Assembly (NCBI GenBank): GCA_963816185.1 | Contig: CAWFJJ010000008.1 | Location: forward strand, 1 to 64,000 | Length of the DNA: 64,000 nucleotides | Reading direction: 5' to 3' | Source of the DNA: Thermoanaerobaculia bacterium | GTDB taxonomy: Bacteria; Acidobacteriota; Thermoanaerobaculia; UBA5066 | Part shown: positions 19,490 through 29,750 of the stretch, piece by piece | Layout of the letters: each line of letters opens with the position of its first letter | Numbering within the stretch: position 1 is the stretch's first letter | Notes under the pieces: model-generated | Seen by the model: only the letters and a program-made list of their open reading frames with translations | Database searches by the model: none | Told to the model about the DNA's origin: nothing | Translations under genes and position numbers: made by a program

Positions 19490-21979
19490 TCAGCCGGCCG
19501 CGGCGGAGTCCGCCTCGGCCGGAGCGTGGTAGAGGACCACGGAGGACGGTCCCGTGCGGATCGCCTGCTCGAGGGCCTCGTTCGCGCGAAGAACGAGCGT
19601 CGCCGTGTCGAACGCATCGTCGGGGTAGACCGCGACGCCGGCGCTGAGGCCGAGGCGGATGCCCGCGGCGGCGAGGCGCTCGTCCATTCCCTGCTGGAAG
19701 TTCTTCTGGACCGAGTGAAGAGCGCGGTGCGCCTGCACCTTGCCCGCCTCGAAGATGAGGATGAAGAACCGGTCGTCCTCGTCGCGGGCGACGAAGTTGA
19801 CGGCGCGCGTCGAGCGCACGAGCTTCGCGGCGAGCTTCGGAAGGAGGGAGTCGCTCGAGCCGGGGCCCAGCTTTCCGAAGGCTTCCTTGAGCCCGTCCAT
19901 TCGCAGATGCACGACCGCGATCGATTGGCCGTTGCGCTCGGCGCGCCTCAGCTCGGACTCGAGTCGCTTGGCGAGGGACGAACGGTTGTAGAGGCCCGAC
20001 TGGCTGTCCCGCTCGGTCTGCTGCTCGATGAGCTTCATGAGGCGCGCATTGTGGAGAGCGACCGCCGCGGCGTCCGCGAGAAGGTCGAGCCGCTCCTTGA
20101 GGTCCACCGGCCAGTCTTCGCTTCCGCGCCGCGCGCCGACGGAAAGGACGCCGATGAGCTCGTCGTGATAGGTGAGAGGCACGGCCGCCGCGCGGATGAG
20201 CGGCGCGCCGGCGCCCGCCGGGTTGCCCGGGAAGAACGCGGCTCCCTCGCCGGGCCCGGCGATACAAGGCGTCTTGTCGAGAAACGTGCGGACGATCGGG
20301 TGTCCCGTCTGCTCGAAGGCCACGGCGCGCCCCACTTCGTCGCCCATGCCTTCGCCCCAGCGCGTCGAGATCTTCGCGGACTTCGAAGCCGGATCCGCGT
20401 CCCAGAACTGCGCGGCGTCGGCCTTCAACAGCGTGACGGACTGCTCGCAGAGCGTCTGCTTGATGCGGTCGACGTCGAACGTCGTCGAGAGCGAGCGGCC
20501 GACCTCGCGCAGCCGGTCGAGAAAACGGTACGACTCCCGCTCCTGCTGAAGGAGGCGGGCCGAGGTGATCGCGAGCGACACCTCGACGCCGAGCGCCTCG
20601 AACGAGCGCAGCACGTCGGACGAGAGGGCCTCGCTGCGCGCGCCCGTCACGCCGCACAGGACGCCTGCGGGAGCGCCGCGGTACGCGAGGGGCACGGCGA
20701 GGAGACCCAGGGGAGCCGGGAGCTGTGCGACGGCTGCCCCGGTCGGCAGGAGGGAAGCTCCGTGCGGATCCGACCCGACGTCGGTGAGCAGAAGGTGCGA
20801 TCCCTCCGTTGCGAGGTGCCCGAGAAGGGCGTTCGGGATCTCCACGGCAGCGGTGTTTCCCCGTCCCTTGACGTAGGCGGCCTGTGTACCCGGCAGCTCG
20901 CCCGCGGGGACGAGCCGGAGCGTGCAGACGTCGAAGTCGAATTGGGGGCCGAGCTCGTCGACCGTGCGCGACGCGATCGCCGAGACGTCGGTCAGGCCCG
21001 AAAGGGCCGTGTGGAGGCGGCCCACGAACGCATTGCGCTCTCCGTGCCGGCGCTCGGCCTCGAGGAGTCGCGCCTTGTCGAGGGCGCCTGCGGCGAGCTT
21101 CGCGAGCTCCTGCGCGAGCCTCAGCTCCTGCGGCGTGAGGGCGAACCCTCCACGGCGCGACATCGTGAGAAAGCCGAACACGAGCTCTCCGGCGTGGAGC
21201 GGCAGACACATGCGGAGGCGGCGCGGAGGATTCGAGCCGGGCTCGTCCTCGAACGCGGGGCCGTGCGCCGAAAGGCTGCGGCCCAAGAGCTCGTCCGCGT
21301 CGAGAGGGCGTCGGCCCAGTAAGGGCCGCTCGCCGCTCGTCGAGCCGCCCTGCGTCAGGATTTCCGTGACCTCTTTGGTTTCGGGATGGAATCGATACGC
21401 GGTGACGCGGTCGAACTCGAGCTCGCGTGACAGCGAGGCCACGGTGAGCCGGATGACCTCGTCGGGGTTCAGGGAGAGGAAAGCTCCCGAGGCGAGCTCG
21501 AAGAGCGCCACGGCCTCCTCGCGCCTCTTCATCAGCGTCCCGAGCGTGCGCTCGCGTTCGAGGACATGGCCGACGGTGCGCGCGAAGATGCGAACCCCTT
21601 CCTCCGCCTCGCCCTCTCCCGCGGGCATCGTGTCGAGCACGACGCCGAAAACGGCCTGGACCTGATCCTTCACCTTGACGGGCGCGCCGTAGAACGAGAG
21701 CCCGCCCTCGCTGACCTTCTTGGGACGGCCTTGCACGAGGACCTCGCCGAGGTGCTGGTTGAGGCGCGTCTCCGCGGCCGCCGCGACGCTGGACCGGCCG
21801 GCCCGCGTCATGGGCGGAACGCCGGCGCCGGGCAGCAGGGACACGACGGGGGCGTCGAAGAAGTGGAGCGCCGCGGTCAGAATCCCGCCGATTGCCTCGT
21901 CGAGGAGCAGGCCTTCCTTCAGGGCGCCGTCGAACGCCTTGAGAAGCGGCAGGCCCGGAAAGCGGGAAAAGGAAGCCAT
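19490..21979 (-). CDS. Multi-GAF protein with degenerate GGDEF domain
   Basis: Repeated GAF signatures (LPL..GE.VFG.L, VPL..RG...GVL, AVALHNARL); D..SGLYNR; the GGDEF position reads RDEDDRF. Confidence 0.85.
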   Translation of the reverse strand: MASFSRFPGLPLLKAFDGALKEGLLLDEAIGGILTAALHFFDAPVVSLLPGAGVPPMTRAGRSSVAAAAETRLNQHLGEVLVQGRPKKVSEGGLSFYGAPVKVKDQVQAVFGVVLDTMPAGEGEAEEGVRIFARTVGHVLERERTLGTLMKRREEAVALFELASGAFLSLNPDEVIRLTVASLSRELEFDRVTAYRFHPETKEVTEILTQGGSTSGERPLLGRRPLDADELLGRSLSAHGPAFEDEPGSNPPRRLRMCLPLHAGELVFGFLTMSRRGGFALTPQELRLAQELAKLAAGALDKARLLEAERRHGERNAFVGRLHTALSGLTDVSAIASRTVDELGPQFDFDVCTLRLVPAGELPGTQAAYVKGRGNTAAVEIPNALLGHLATEGSHLLLTDVGSDPHGASLLPTGAAVAQLPAPLGLLAVPLAYRGAPAGVLCGVTGARSEALSSDVLRSFEALGVEVSLAITSARLLQQERESYRFLDRLREVGRSLSTTFDVDRIKQTLCEQSVTLLKADAAQFWDADPASKSAKISTRWGEGMGDEVGRAVAFEQTGHPIVRTFLDKTPCIAGPGEGAAFFPGNPAGAGAPLIRAAAVPLTYHDELIGVLSVGARRGSEDWPVDLKERLDLLADAAAVALHNARLMKLIEQQTERDSQSGLYNRSSLAKRLESELRRAERNGQSIAVVHLRMDGLKEAFGKLGPGSSDSLLPKLAAKLVRSTRAVNFVARDEDDRFFILIFEAGKVQAHRALHSVQKNFQQGMDERLAAAGIRLGLSAGVAVYPDDAFDTATLVLRANEALEQAIRTGPSSVVLYHAPAEADSAAAG

Positions 21980-22019
21980 CGGACTCGCCGCCATAATAGC
22001 GCCCGCTGGAGGTGCCCTG

Positions 22020-23522
22020 ATGCGCCCGGACATCGCGGAGACGGACGCTCTCGCCGACTCTCTCGCGCGGCTTTTGCCCGCGCTCGAGTCTTTCACGCGC
22101 TTCGAGGGCGCCGATTCGGCGGCGCGGCGGACCGTCTGGCGCGCGGCTCTCGACGAGCCTCTGCCCGAGACCGGCGCCGGGCGCGAAGCGGTTCTCGAGA
22201 CCCTGCGTGTCCACGTCGTCGCGAACGGGCTCCGGATAGGCGCTCCGGGCTTCTCGGGCTGGGTCACGACGATGCCGACGACGGTGCCGGCGGTCGCTCA
22301 GCTCGCGGGAGCGATCGCGGCGGCGCAGCGCTGGTGGGCGACGCCCGGCAACTTCCTCGAGGTCCTCGCCCTCCGCTGGCTCCAACGCCTGGTCGGACTC
22401 CCCGATGCCTTCGAAGGAGCGTTCACGAGCGGCGGCGCCACGGCCAACCTCATCGCGCTTGCCGCCGCGCGCCAGCACGCGGGTGAAAAGAGAGGCTTCG
22501 ATCCCAGCCTCGACGGCCTCCAGCGCCTCGTCGAGCCGCGCGTCTATGCGTCGACGGAGGTGCATCACGTCGTCCACCGCGCCTGCGGCGTCCTCGGGCT
22601 CGGCCGTAGGGCGCTCCGCACGGTTCCCGTCGACGCGAACCGGAAACCGGACCTCTCGGCGCTCGAGCGTCTCCTCGACGAGGACCTCGCGAAAGGCCGC
22701 ACGCCCGTCGCGGTCGTCGCGTCGGCGGGAGACGTGAACACGGGCGCCGTGGAGCCGATCGACGCGATGCGCGAGATCGCGCACACACGCGGCGTCTGGC
22801 TGCATGTCGACGGTGCGTACGGCGGCTTCGGCGTTCTCGACCCGCGCGTCGCGCCGCTCTACGGGGACCTCTCGAAGATCGACTCGTTCGCGGTCGACCC
22901 GCACAAGTGGATGGCGGTTCCCGTGGGGTGCGGCGCGGGGTTCGTGCGCGACGGCGGCCTCCTCGCACGCGCGCTCACGCTCGAGCCGGCCGCCTATGTC
23001 GAGATGGCGCCGACCTCGACGGGCGATCTCGGTTCGCCGTTCGACGAGCGGGGAGAGGGCAATCCCGACTTTTCGGTGGACCACTCGGCGCCGGCGCGCG
23101 GCCTCACCGTGTGGGCCGCGCTCAAGGAGATGGGCGCCGCCGGCATGCGCGCGCGCGTCGTCCGCCACCACGACTGCGCGCGCCGCGTGGCCGCGCGTGT
23201 CCGCGAGCATCCCCAGCTCGAGCTTCTCGCCGAGCCGGTTCTCTCGATTTGCTGCTTCCGTGTGAAGCCGAAGAAGGTCACCGACGAGGCCGTGCTCGAC
23301 GCGTTGAACGAGAAGATCCTCCTCGCCGTGCGCGCACGCGGCCGGGCGATCCCCTCGCACACGCGCGTGAACGGCCGCTTCGCGATCCGGCCGTGCTTCA
23401 TCAATCCCCGCTCGACGCTCGCGGACGCCGACGCCACGGTGGACGAGGTGCTGAGCGTGGCGGGGGAGCTGGGCGCGATCGGGGAGCGCGCGCTCGAGGT
23501 CCGGATCCCGCCTCTAAGATAA
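22020..23522 (+). CDS. Group II PLP-dependent amino-acid decarboxylase
   Basis: [30 protein letters not shown]; SD GGAGG. Confidence 0.9.
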   Translation: MRPDIAETDALADSLARLLPALESFTRFEGADSAARRTVWRAALDEPLPETGAGREAVLETLRVHVVANGLRIGAPGFSGWVTTMPTTVPAVAQLAGAIAAAQRWWATPGNFLEVLALRWLQRLVGLPDAFEGAFTSGGATANLIALAAARQHAGEKRGFDPSLDGLQRLVEPRVYASTEVHHVVHRACGVLGLGRRALRTVPVDANRKPDLSALERLLDEDLAKGRTPVAVVASAGDVNTGAVEPIDAMREIAHTRGVWLHVDGAYGGFGVLDPRVAPLYGDLSKIDSFAVDPHKWMAVPVGCGAGFVRDGGLLARALTLEPAAYVEMAPTSTGDLGSPFDERGEGNPDFSVDHSAPARGLTVWAALKEMGAAGMRARVVRHHDCARRVAARVREHPQLELLAEPVLSICCFRVKPKKVTDEAVLDALNEKILLAVRARGRAIPSHTRVNGRFAIRPCFINPRSTLADADATVDEVLSVAGELGAIGERALEVRIPPLR

Positions 23523-23548
23523 GGACCCGTCTCACGAGGGAGGCTTCG

Positions 23549-24559
23549 ATGCAGCTCGGAATGATCGGACTCGGACGCATGGGCGGGAACATGGTGCGGC
23601 GGCTGCAGCGGGGCGGCCACACGTGCGTCGTCTACGACCGCGCGCGCGAGGCCGTGGACGCGCTCGCGAAAGACGGCGCCAAGGGCGCGTCCTCGCTCGC
23701 GGATTTCGTGAAGAAGCTCGAGAGACCGCGCGCGATCTGCCTCATGGTCCCCGCCGCCTTCGTGGACGCGTCGATCGCCGAGCTCGAGCCGCTTCTCGAG
23801 AAGGACGACACGATCATCGACGGCGGGAACTCGCATTACCACGACGACATCGCGCGCGCGAAGCGCCTGAAGGAGCGGGGCCTCAACTACGTCGACATGG
23901 GGACGTCGGGCGGCGTCTGGGGCCTCGACCGCGGCTACTGCCTGATGATCGGCGGGGAGACCGACGTCGTGAAACGGCTCGAGCCGATCTTCTCGACGCT
24001 CGCGCCGGGCACCGGTTCGATCGCGCGCACTCCAGGCCGGGAGAAGCTCGGCGGCACGGCCGAGCAGGGCTATCTGCACTGCGGCCCGTCAGGCGCGGGC
24101 CATTTCGTCAAGATGGTCCACAACGGCATCGAGTACGCGCTCATGGCCGCGTACGGCGAGGGCCTGAACATCCTGAAGAACGCAGGGTTGGGCAAGGCGA
24201 CGCACGAAAAAGACGCGGAGACGGCTCCGCTTCGCCACCCCGAGCACTACCAGTACGACCTCAACCTGGCCGACATCACCGAGGTCTGGCGGCGGGGCAG
24301 CGTCGTCACCTCCTGGCTCCTCGACCTGACCGCCGCGGCGCTCGCGAGCGACCCCGCGCTCGAGTCGTTCTCGGGCCGCGTGTCCGACTCGGGCGAGGGC
24401 CGCTGGACGATCGCGGCCGCGAACGACGAGGGCGTGCCCGCCCACGTCCTCGCGGCGTCGCTCTTCGAGCGCTTCGCCTCGCGCGGAGACGACCTCTTCC
24501 AGAACAAGGTGCTGTCGGCGATGCGCTTCGGGTTCGGAGGCCACGTCGAGAAAAAGTGA
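23549..24559 (+). CDS. gnd: 6-phosphogluconate dehydrogenase (short, YqeC/GntZ type)
   Basis: [50 protein letters not shown]. Confidence 0.95.
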   Translation: MQLGMIGLGRMGGNMVRRLQRGGHTCVVYDRAREAVDALAKDGAKGASSLADFVKKLERPRAICLMVPAAFVDASIAELEPLLEKDDTIIDGGNSHYHDDIARAKRLKERGLNYVDMGTSGGVWGLDRGYCLMIGGETDVVKRLEPIFSTLAPGTGSIARTPGREKLGGTAEQGYLHCGPSGAGHFVKMVHNGIEYALMAAYGEGLNILKNAGLGKATHEKDAETAPLRHPEHYQYDLNLADITEVWRRGSVVTSWLLDLTAAALASDPALESFSGRVSDSGEGRWTIAAANDEGVPAHVLAASLFERFASRGDDLFQNKVLSAMRFGFGGHVEKK

Positions 24560-24565
24560 CCGCGG

Positions 24566-25447
24566 CTACTCGCCCTCCAGGATCTTCCGCGCGGCGGCGA
24601 GCTCGGCTTTCTTCTCGCCGTCGACTTTCGGGTAGGAAAGGTCGAGGCTTTCCATCGTCTCGATGATCGCCGCGCCCACGACGAGACGCGTGAACCACTT
24701 GTTGTCCGCCGGCACGACGTACCACGGGGCATGCGGCGTCGCCGTGGCCCGGATCATGTCCTCGTACGCCCGCATGTACTCTTTCCAGTGCTCGCGCTCC
24801 TTCGCGTCGGCCTCCGAGAACTTCCAGTTCTTGTCCGGCATCTCGAGGCGCTCGAGAAAGCGGCGCTTCTGCTCCTTGCGCGACACGTTCAGGAAGAACT
24901 TCAGGACCACGGTCCCGTTCCGGGCGAGATGGCGCTCGAACGCGGCGATGCTCTCGTAGCGTTCCGTCCAGACGTCCTTCGTCACGAGGCGCGGCGGGAT
25001 CTTCTGCCTCTCGAGAAGCTCGGGATGGACGCGCACGACGAGGACCTCTTCGTAGTACGAGCGGTTGAAGATCCCGATCCGGCCGCGCTCGGGCAGGCAC
25101 TTCGTCGTGCGCCAGAGGAAGTCGTGGTCGAGATCCTCGGCCGAGGGCACCTTGAACGAGAAGACCTCGCAGCCCTGCGGATTCACCCCCGACATGACGT
25201 GCTTGATCGTGCCATCCTTGCCGGCGGCGTCCATCGCCTGGAAGATCAGGAGGATCGCCCATCGATCCTGCGCGTAGAGCTTGTCCTGCAAAGCCGCGAG
25301 GCGCTCGATGTCTCTCTGAAGGAGAGCGGCGGCCTCCTTCTTGTCCGCGTCGACGTGAGCCGTGTCGCGGGGGGAATAGTCCTTCAGCCGGAATTTCCTT
25401 CCCTTCGTAACGCGGTACGGACGGAGGAGTCTCTCGAGTTTGGACGT
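24566..25447 (-). CDS. ppk2: Polyphosphate kinase 2 family; apparent ACG start
   Basis: QAMDAAGKDG, HDFLWR, IFNRSYYEEVL, WKFS..D; frame stays open 52 codons upstream of TTG 25291 to an ACG preceded by AAGGAG. Confidence 0.9.
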   Translation of the reverse strand, partial: TSKLERLLRPYRVTKGRKFRLKDYSPRDTAHVDADKKEAAALLQRDIERLAALQDKLYAQDRWAILLIFQAMDAAGKDGTIKHVMSGVNPQGCEVFSFKVPSAEDLDHDFLWRTTKCLPERGRIGIFNRSYYEEVLVVRVHPELLERQKIPPRLVTKDVWTERYESIAAFERHLARNGTVVLKFFLNVSRKEQKRRFLERLEMPDKNWKFSEADAKEREHWKEYMRAYEDMIRATATPHAPWYVVPADNKWFTRLVVGAAIIETMESLDLSYPKVDGEKKAELAAARKILEGE

Positions 25448-25471
25448 GGGCGCTCCTTGCGACCCTCGATC

Positions 25472-25951
25472 TTATGATTCCTGGGCCGGCGTTTCGCCCG
25501 GACCGCGCCCGGTCGCCCGGAGGATCTGGGCGACCATGAGCAGCATGCCGAGGTCGCGCAGGATGTCGAGGCGCATGTCGGCGAGGCGTTCGCCGACGGT
25601 TTTGTTCGCCGCCAAAACGTCGAAACAGCCGCAGTCGATCGCGTTGCCGCGCGCAAGGTTCAGCGAGATCGCGACGAGAAAAACGAGGAGGAGCGCACCG
25701 GCGAGGGCCGCCGACGCACGCGTCCAGATGCCGAGGATGAGGGCGAGGCCGGCGAGGAGCTCGAGCCAGGGCATGACGAGCGCCATGAGATTCACGAACG
25801 CGCCAGGCACGAGCCGGTAGTTGTAGATCATGTGCGCGAAGGAGGGCGGGTCGACGAGCTTCGGCAGCGCCGCCGCGACGAAGAAAAGGCCGAGCGCGAT
25901 CTGAACGCGCACCGTCAGCCAGGGCGAGGCAAGCGCTTCCTTCGGCGTCAC
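25472..25951 (-). CDS. MauE/DoxX-family membrane protein
   Basis: KLVDP..F..I.NY, PWLEL, IDCGCF, RDL; GTG overlaps the upstream stop. Confidence 0.85.
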   Translation of the reverse strand: MTPKEALASPWLTVRVQIALGLFFVAAALPKLVDPPSFAHMIYNYRLVPGAFVNLMALVMPWLELLAGLALILGIWTRASAALAGALLLVFLVAISLNLARGNAIDCGCFDVLAANKTVGERLADMRLDILRDLGMLLMVAQILRATGRGPGETPAQES

Positions 25952-26747
25952 GACTCGGGCCCGGTCGCGCTCTTTCCCCCGCGCTTGATCCAGTCGGGCC
26001 AGCCGTCGCGGTACACGAGAAGATTGTTGAAGCCCGCGCCGAACAGCTTCTGAGCGAGCATGTGTGAATCCTCGCAGTCCCCGCCGGAGCAGTAGAGGAC
26101 GACCGGGATCGCACCGTCGCGCCCCTCGCCGACGAGCGCCGTCACGCGGGCGTCGATGTCGCTCTCCCAGACGGGGAACGCGCGCGCGCCGGCGATATGG
26201 CCCGCCTCGTAGTCCTTCGTACGGCGCGCGTCCAGAGTCAGTACGCCGTGCGCGACGAGCCACGCGACATCGTCGCCCGAGATGTCGACGTAGGGCTTGT
26301 TGTGGGGCGGGAATCGGCGAAGCAGGTCGGCGGGGGAGGAAGAGGAATTCTTTGCTTCGGACCCTTCGGCGAGCGCAGTGGCCTTCGGGGCGAGCTTTTC
26401 GCGAGGGCCAGGTTGTTTTTCTCCGAAGGGTGATTTGGCCGGCGCCTGGGCGCCCGTGGTGGCCTTCGAACCGACGATTGTCGCGGGGGCGGCCGGCGCG
26501 GTCGCCTCGCCCTCATTCACCTTCGAAGAAGATTCGGACGGCGCCTTCGCTCCCGAGTCAGCAGGTGCGGTACAGCGGCGGCGCCCGAGAGGGAAACAGA
26601 AGGAGAAGGAACCTTCAGCGCATCCGGGTAGCTGCCGACGAGCGCGAGCTTGCGCTCGCGCGACGCGAGCGCGTTCGCGACGAGAGCGCAGAGGATCGCG
26701 GCCAGAACGAGCGTGGCGGTTTCGAGGAGGTGCCTGCGGAGGCGCAT
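25948..26747 (-). CDS. Membrane-anchored rhodanese-domain protein, frameshifted near 26568
   Basis: N-terminal TM in ORF 26517-26747; LDAR..DY..GHI.GA, LYCSGGDCEDS, YRDGWPDW in ORF 25948-27054. Confidence 0.85.
26416..26530. repeat. Palindromic element copy 2 (in rhodanese linker)
   Basis: TTTTTCTCCGAAGGGTGATT (26416-26435) ... CTCATTCACCTTCGAAGAA (26512-26530). Confidence 0.8.
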
Positions 26748-26851
26748 GGGGGCATTCTAAGCAAGCCTTCGGCCGCCGAAGCCGTGCCGCCGTGACACGA
26801 GGGCTAGAATCTCCGAGCCGATTACGCCTGTCTTGCAGCAGGAAGGTCACG

Positions 26852-28147
26852 ATGTCCGGAAAAAGCACGCTCACGATCACCGACAACCGCACCGGGAAGA
26901 CGTACGAAGTGCCCGTCGAGAACGACACGATTCGCGCCCTCGACCTGCGCAAAATCAAGGTCGAGGAGAAAGACTTCGGCCTCATGACGTACGACCCGGC
27001 GTTCACGAACACCGCGTCGTGCAAGTCGGCGATCACGTTCATCGACGGCGACAAGGGGATCCTCGAATACCGGGGTTACCCGATCGAGGAGCTGGCCGAG
27101 AAGTCGACGTTCCTCGAGGTCGCGTGGCTCCTCCTGAAGGGCGAGCTGCCGACGGCGGCCGAGCTGAAGGAGTTCACCCACCACGTCACGATGCACACGT
27201 ACCTCCACGAGAACGTCAAGAAGCTCATGGAGGGCTTCCGGCACGACGCCCACCCGATGGGGATGCTCCTCTCGACCGTCGGCGCGCTTTCGACGTTCTA
27301 CCCGGACGCCAAGCACATTTTCGACGTGAAGACGCGCGACCATCACATCGTCCGGCTCATCGCGAAGATGCCCACGATCTCGGCCTTCGTGTACCGGCAT
27401 TCCATCGGCTTCCCGTACGTCTACCCGGACAACGAGCTTTCCTATACGGGCAATTTCCTGTCGATGATGAAGAAGATGGCCGAGCCGCGGTACGTCCCGA
27501 ACCCGGTCCTCGAGCGGGCGCTCGACGTCCTCTTCATTCTTCACGCGGACCACGAGCAGAACTGCTCGACGAACGCGATGCGTTCGGTCGGCTCGGCGCA
27601 GACCGACCCGTACTCGTCCGTGGCGGCCGCCACGGCGGCGCTCTACGGGCCGCTTCACGGCGGAGCGAACGAGGCCGTCCTCCGGATGCTCCACGAGCTC
27701 GGCGACATCAAGAACGTCCCGGCCTTCGTGAAGGACGTCAAAGAAGGCCACGGCGAGAAGCGCCTCATGGGCTTCGGCCACCGCGTTTACAAGAACTACG
27801 ACCCGCGCGCGACCGTCATCAAGAAGCTCGCCGAGCAGGTCTTCGAGGTGACGGGCAAGAACCCCCTCCTCGCGATCGCGCTCGAGCTCGAACGCATCGC
27901 GCTGCAGGACGACTACTTCGTCAAAAGGAAGCTCTATCCGAACGTGGACTTCTATTCCGGCCTCATTTACGAGGCGATGGGCTTTCACACCGCTTTCTTC
28001 ACGGTGCTCTTCGGGATCCCGCGCACGGCCGGCTGGCTCGCCCAATGGCAGGAGCTCCTGACCGACAGCGAGCAGAAGATCGCGCGGCCGCGGCAGGTCT
28101 TCACGGGGCATGCGCGAAGGAGCTACGTCCCGATCGAGAAGCGGTAG
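26852..28147 (+). CDS. gltA: Citrate synthase
   Basis: DGDKGILEYRGY, LHADHEQNCST, GPLHGGANE, GFGHRVYKNYDPR, YPNVDFYSG. Confidence 0.97.
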   Translation: MSGKSTLTITDNRTGKTYEVPVENDTIRALDLRKIKVEEKDFGLMTYDPAFTNTASCKSAITFIDGDKGILEYRGYPIEELAEKSTFLEVAWLLLKGELPTAAELKEFTHHVTMHTYLHENVKKLMEGFRHDAHPMGMLLSTVGALSTFYPDAKHIFDVKTRDHHIVRLIAKMPTISAFVYRHSIGFPYVYPDNELSYTGNFLSMMKKMAEPRYVPNPVLERALDVLFILHADHEQNCSTNAMRSVGSAQTDPYSSVAAATAALYGPLHGGANEAVLRMLHELGDIKNVPAFVKDVKEGHGEKRLMGFGHRVYKNYDPRATVIKKLAEQVFEVTGKNPLLAIALELERIALQDDYFVKRKLYPNVDFYSGLIYEAMGFHTAFFTVLFGIPRTAGWLAQWQELLTDSEQKIARPRQVFTGHARRSYVPIEKR

Positions 28148-28172
28148 ACCGCGCGGCGGTCCCAGGGTTCGC

Positions 28173-28634
28173 TCACCAGGTCGAAAAAGGCGTCTTCACG
28201 AGGTTCGCGTTGTAATAGCGCGCGTCCCCGGAAACCTCCCGGCCGACCCAGGGCGGGAGGGCGGGCTTCTCGTCGGCGCTCTCGAGCTCCACCTCGGCCA
28301 CGACGAGCCCGGCGTTCGCGCCGTGAAACTCGTCCACCTCCCAGGTGTGAGCACCGAACGGAACCCGGTAGCGCGTCTTCTCGATGAGGGGCTTCTCGCA
28401 GAGGTCGAGCATCGCGGCCGCGTCCTCGACCGGAATCGCGTACTCGAACTCGGCGCGCGAAAGGCCCTGGGTCTTGCCCTTGATCGTCAGGAAACCCCTC
28501 TCTCCGGCGATCCTCACGCGGACCGTCCGATCCATGGCGATCGAGAGATATCCCTGTCGCGTGTGAAGTCCCGTCGCGAGGGCCTTCCACCCGGTGCCGG
28601 TGACGAGGAACTTCCTTTCGATCTCGAGGCCCAT
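28173..28634 (-). CDS. CYTH-domain protein (triphosphate tunnel metalloenzyme)
   Basis: EIERKF, RVR, EFEY, KTRY, WEVD, EVEL. Confidence 0.92.
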   Translation of the reverse strand: MGLEIERKFLVTGTGWKALATGLHTRQGYLSIAMDRTVRVRIAGERGFLTIKGKTQGLSRAEFEYAIPVEDAAAMLDLCEKPLIEKTRYRVPFGAHTWEVDEFHGANAGLVVAEVELESADEKPALPPWVGREVSGDARYYNANLVKTPFSTW

Positions 28635-28654
28635 TCCGTCGCTCCGGCGGCGAG

Positions 28655-29074
28655 TCAGGCCTTCGCGCAGAGAGGACAGACGCCGCGCAGCGTGACCGTG
28701 TAATCCTCCACGATGTGGCCCTCCGCGAGGCGCGGGCGCGGCGCCTCGCGAAACGTCTCGAACGGAACGTCCTCCACGGCGCCGCACGCGCGGCAGATGA
28801 AATGGTGGTGCCGGTCGAGGTTCGCGTCGTAGCGGGCGACGGCGTCGTCGAGCACGAGCTCCTCGATGAGGCCGCTCTCCTTCAGCGAGTGCAGGACGTT
28901 GTAGACCGAGGCCCTCGATGCCGTCGGCACGGCCCGATTAACGGCAAACCCGACCTCCTCGGCCGTCGGATGCGTCGGCGTCGTGAGCAGGTACTCCAGC
29001 ACGGCCACGCGCTGCTGCGTGACCCTGAGGCCTTTTTCCCTCAACCGGCCGGAAAGCATGGCCCGTGTGTCCAT
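28655..29074 (-). CDS. Fur-family regulator (PerR-like)
   Basis: TQQR, HPTAEE, ASVYN, HHHFICRACG, GVCPLC. Confidence 0.9.
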   Translation of the reverse strand: MDTRAMLSGRLREKGLRVTQQRVAVLEYLLTTPTHPTAEEVGFAVNRAVPTASRASVYNVLHSLKESGLIEELVLDDAVARYDANLDRHHHFICRACGAVEDVPFETFREAPRPRLAEGHIVEDYTVTLRGVCPLCAKA

Positions 29075-29080
29075 TACGAG

Positions 29081-29097
29081 CTTAGATTAAGTCTAGA
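29081..29097. promoter_or_regulatory. Putative Per/Fur-box-like operator overlapping the regulator's promoter
   Basis: AT-rich dyad TAGA-TTAAG-TCTA immediately upstream of the Fur-family start. Confidence 0.5.
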
Positions 29098-29122
29098 TTG
29101 CCTCGAGATCAAGGACCGTTGA

Positions 29123-29150
29123 GGAATAATCCAGCCAACGGGCCGCATCT
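29123..29150 (+). promoter_or_regulatory. Possible ECF autoregulatory promoter
   Basis: GGAATA-N16-GCATCT upstream of the ECF sigma gene; resemblance only. Confidence 0.3.
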
Positions 29151-29171
29151 CCTTGCGGAAGAACAACCTCG

Positions 29172-29750
29172 ATGGGCCTTTTTTCCCTCCGCGCCCCGGT
29201 CGACCGCGTCCGTGAGGACTTCGATCGCGAGGCCTGGCCGCACTTCCGCGAGATCTACCGCGCCGCCCTTCGTCTGACCCGGCTTCCCGCAGAAGCCGAG
29301 GATCTCGCGCAGGAGGTCTTCCTGCAGGCATGGAAATCCTTCGAACGGTTCGAACGCGGCACGAACTGCCGTGCCTGGCTCTACCGGATCCTCTGGAACG
29401 TGAACCAGCAGCGGGTGCGAAAGAAAGTACCGGTCCCCCTCGGCGTAGAGGGCGAATCCCGCGTCGCCGAGACGCTCGCGGCCGACGAGCCGACCCCGAC
29501 GGAGATCCGCGACGAGGAGGTTGCCGCCGCGCTCGACGCGCTGTCCTTAGAGCACCGGCAGATCCTCCTCCTGTCCGACGTGGAGGAGTTCACATACAAA
29601 GAAATCGCGACGATTCTGCGCGTGCCGATCGGCACCGTCATGTCTCGCCTCTCCCGGGCCCGGAGCGCGCTTCGCCGAAAGGTGCGCGGGACCGCGGCCG
29701 CGACCGCCTTCGTGGCGAACCGCCTCGCCGCCAAAGGAGAGAACCCGTGA
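29172..29750 (+). CDS. ECF RNA polymerase sigma factor
   Basis: AEDLAQE, TNCRAWLYRI, YKEIA..L.VPIGTVMSRLSRAR. Confidence 0.93.
   Translation: MGLFSLRAPVDRVREDFDREAWPHFREIYRAALRLTRLPAEAEDLAQEVFLQAWKSFERFERGTNCRAWLYRILWNVNQQRVRKKVPVPLGVEGESRVAETLAADEPTPTEIRDEEVAAALDALSLEHRQILLLSDVEEFTYKEIATILRVPIGTVMSRLSRARSALRRKVRGTAAATAFVANRLAAKGENP

Noticed and set aside
17568-23360. 1930-aa ORF as a giant kinase
   Set aside because: The upstream two-thirds is an Arg/Gly-rich shadow frame over the GAF-GGDEF and decarboxylase genes; the real kinase starts at 19466
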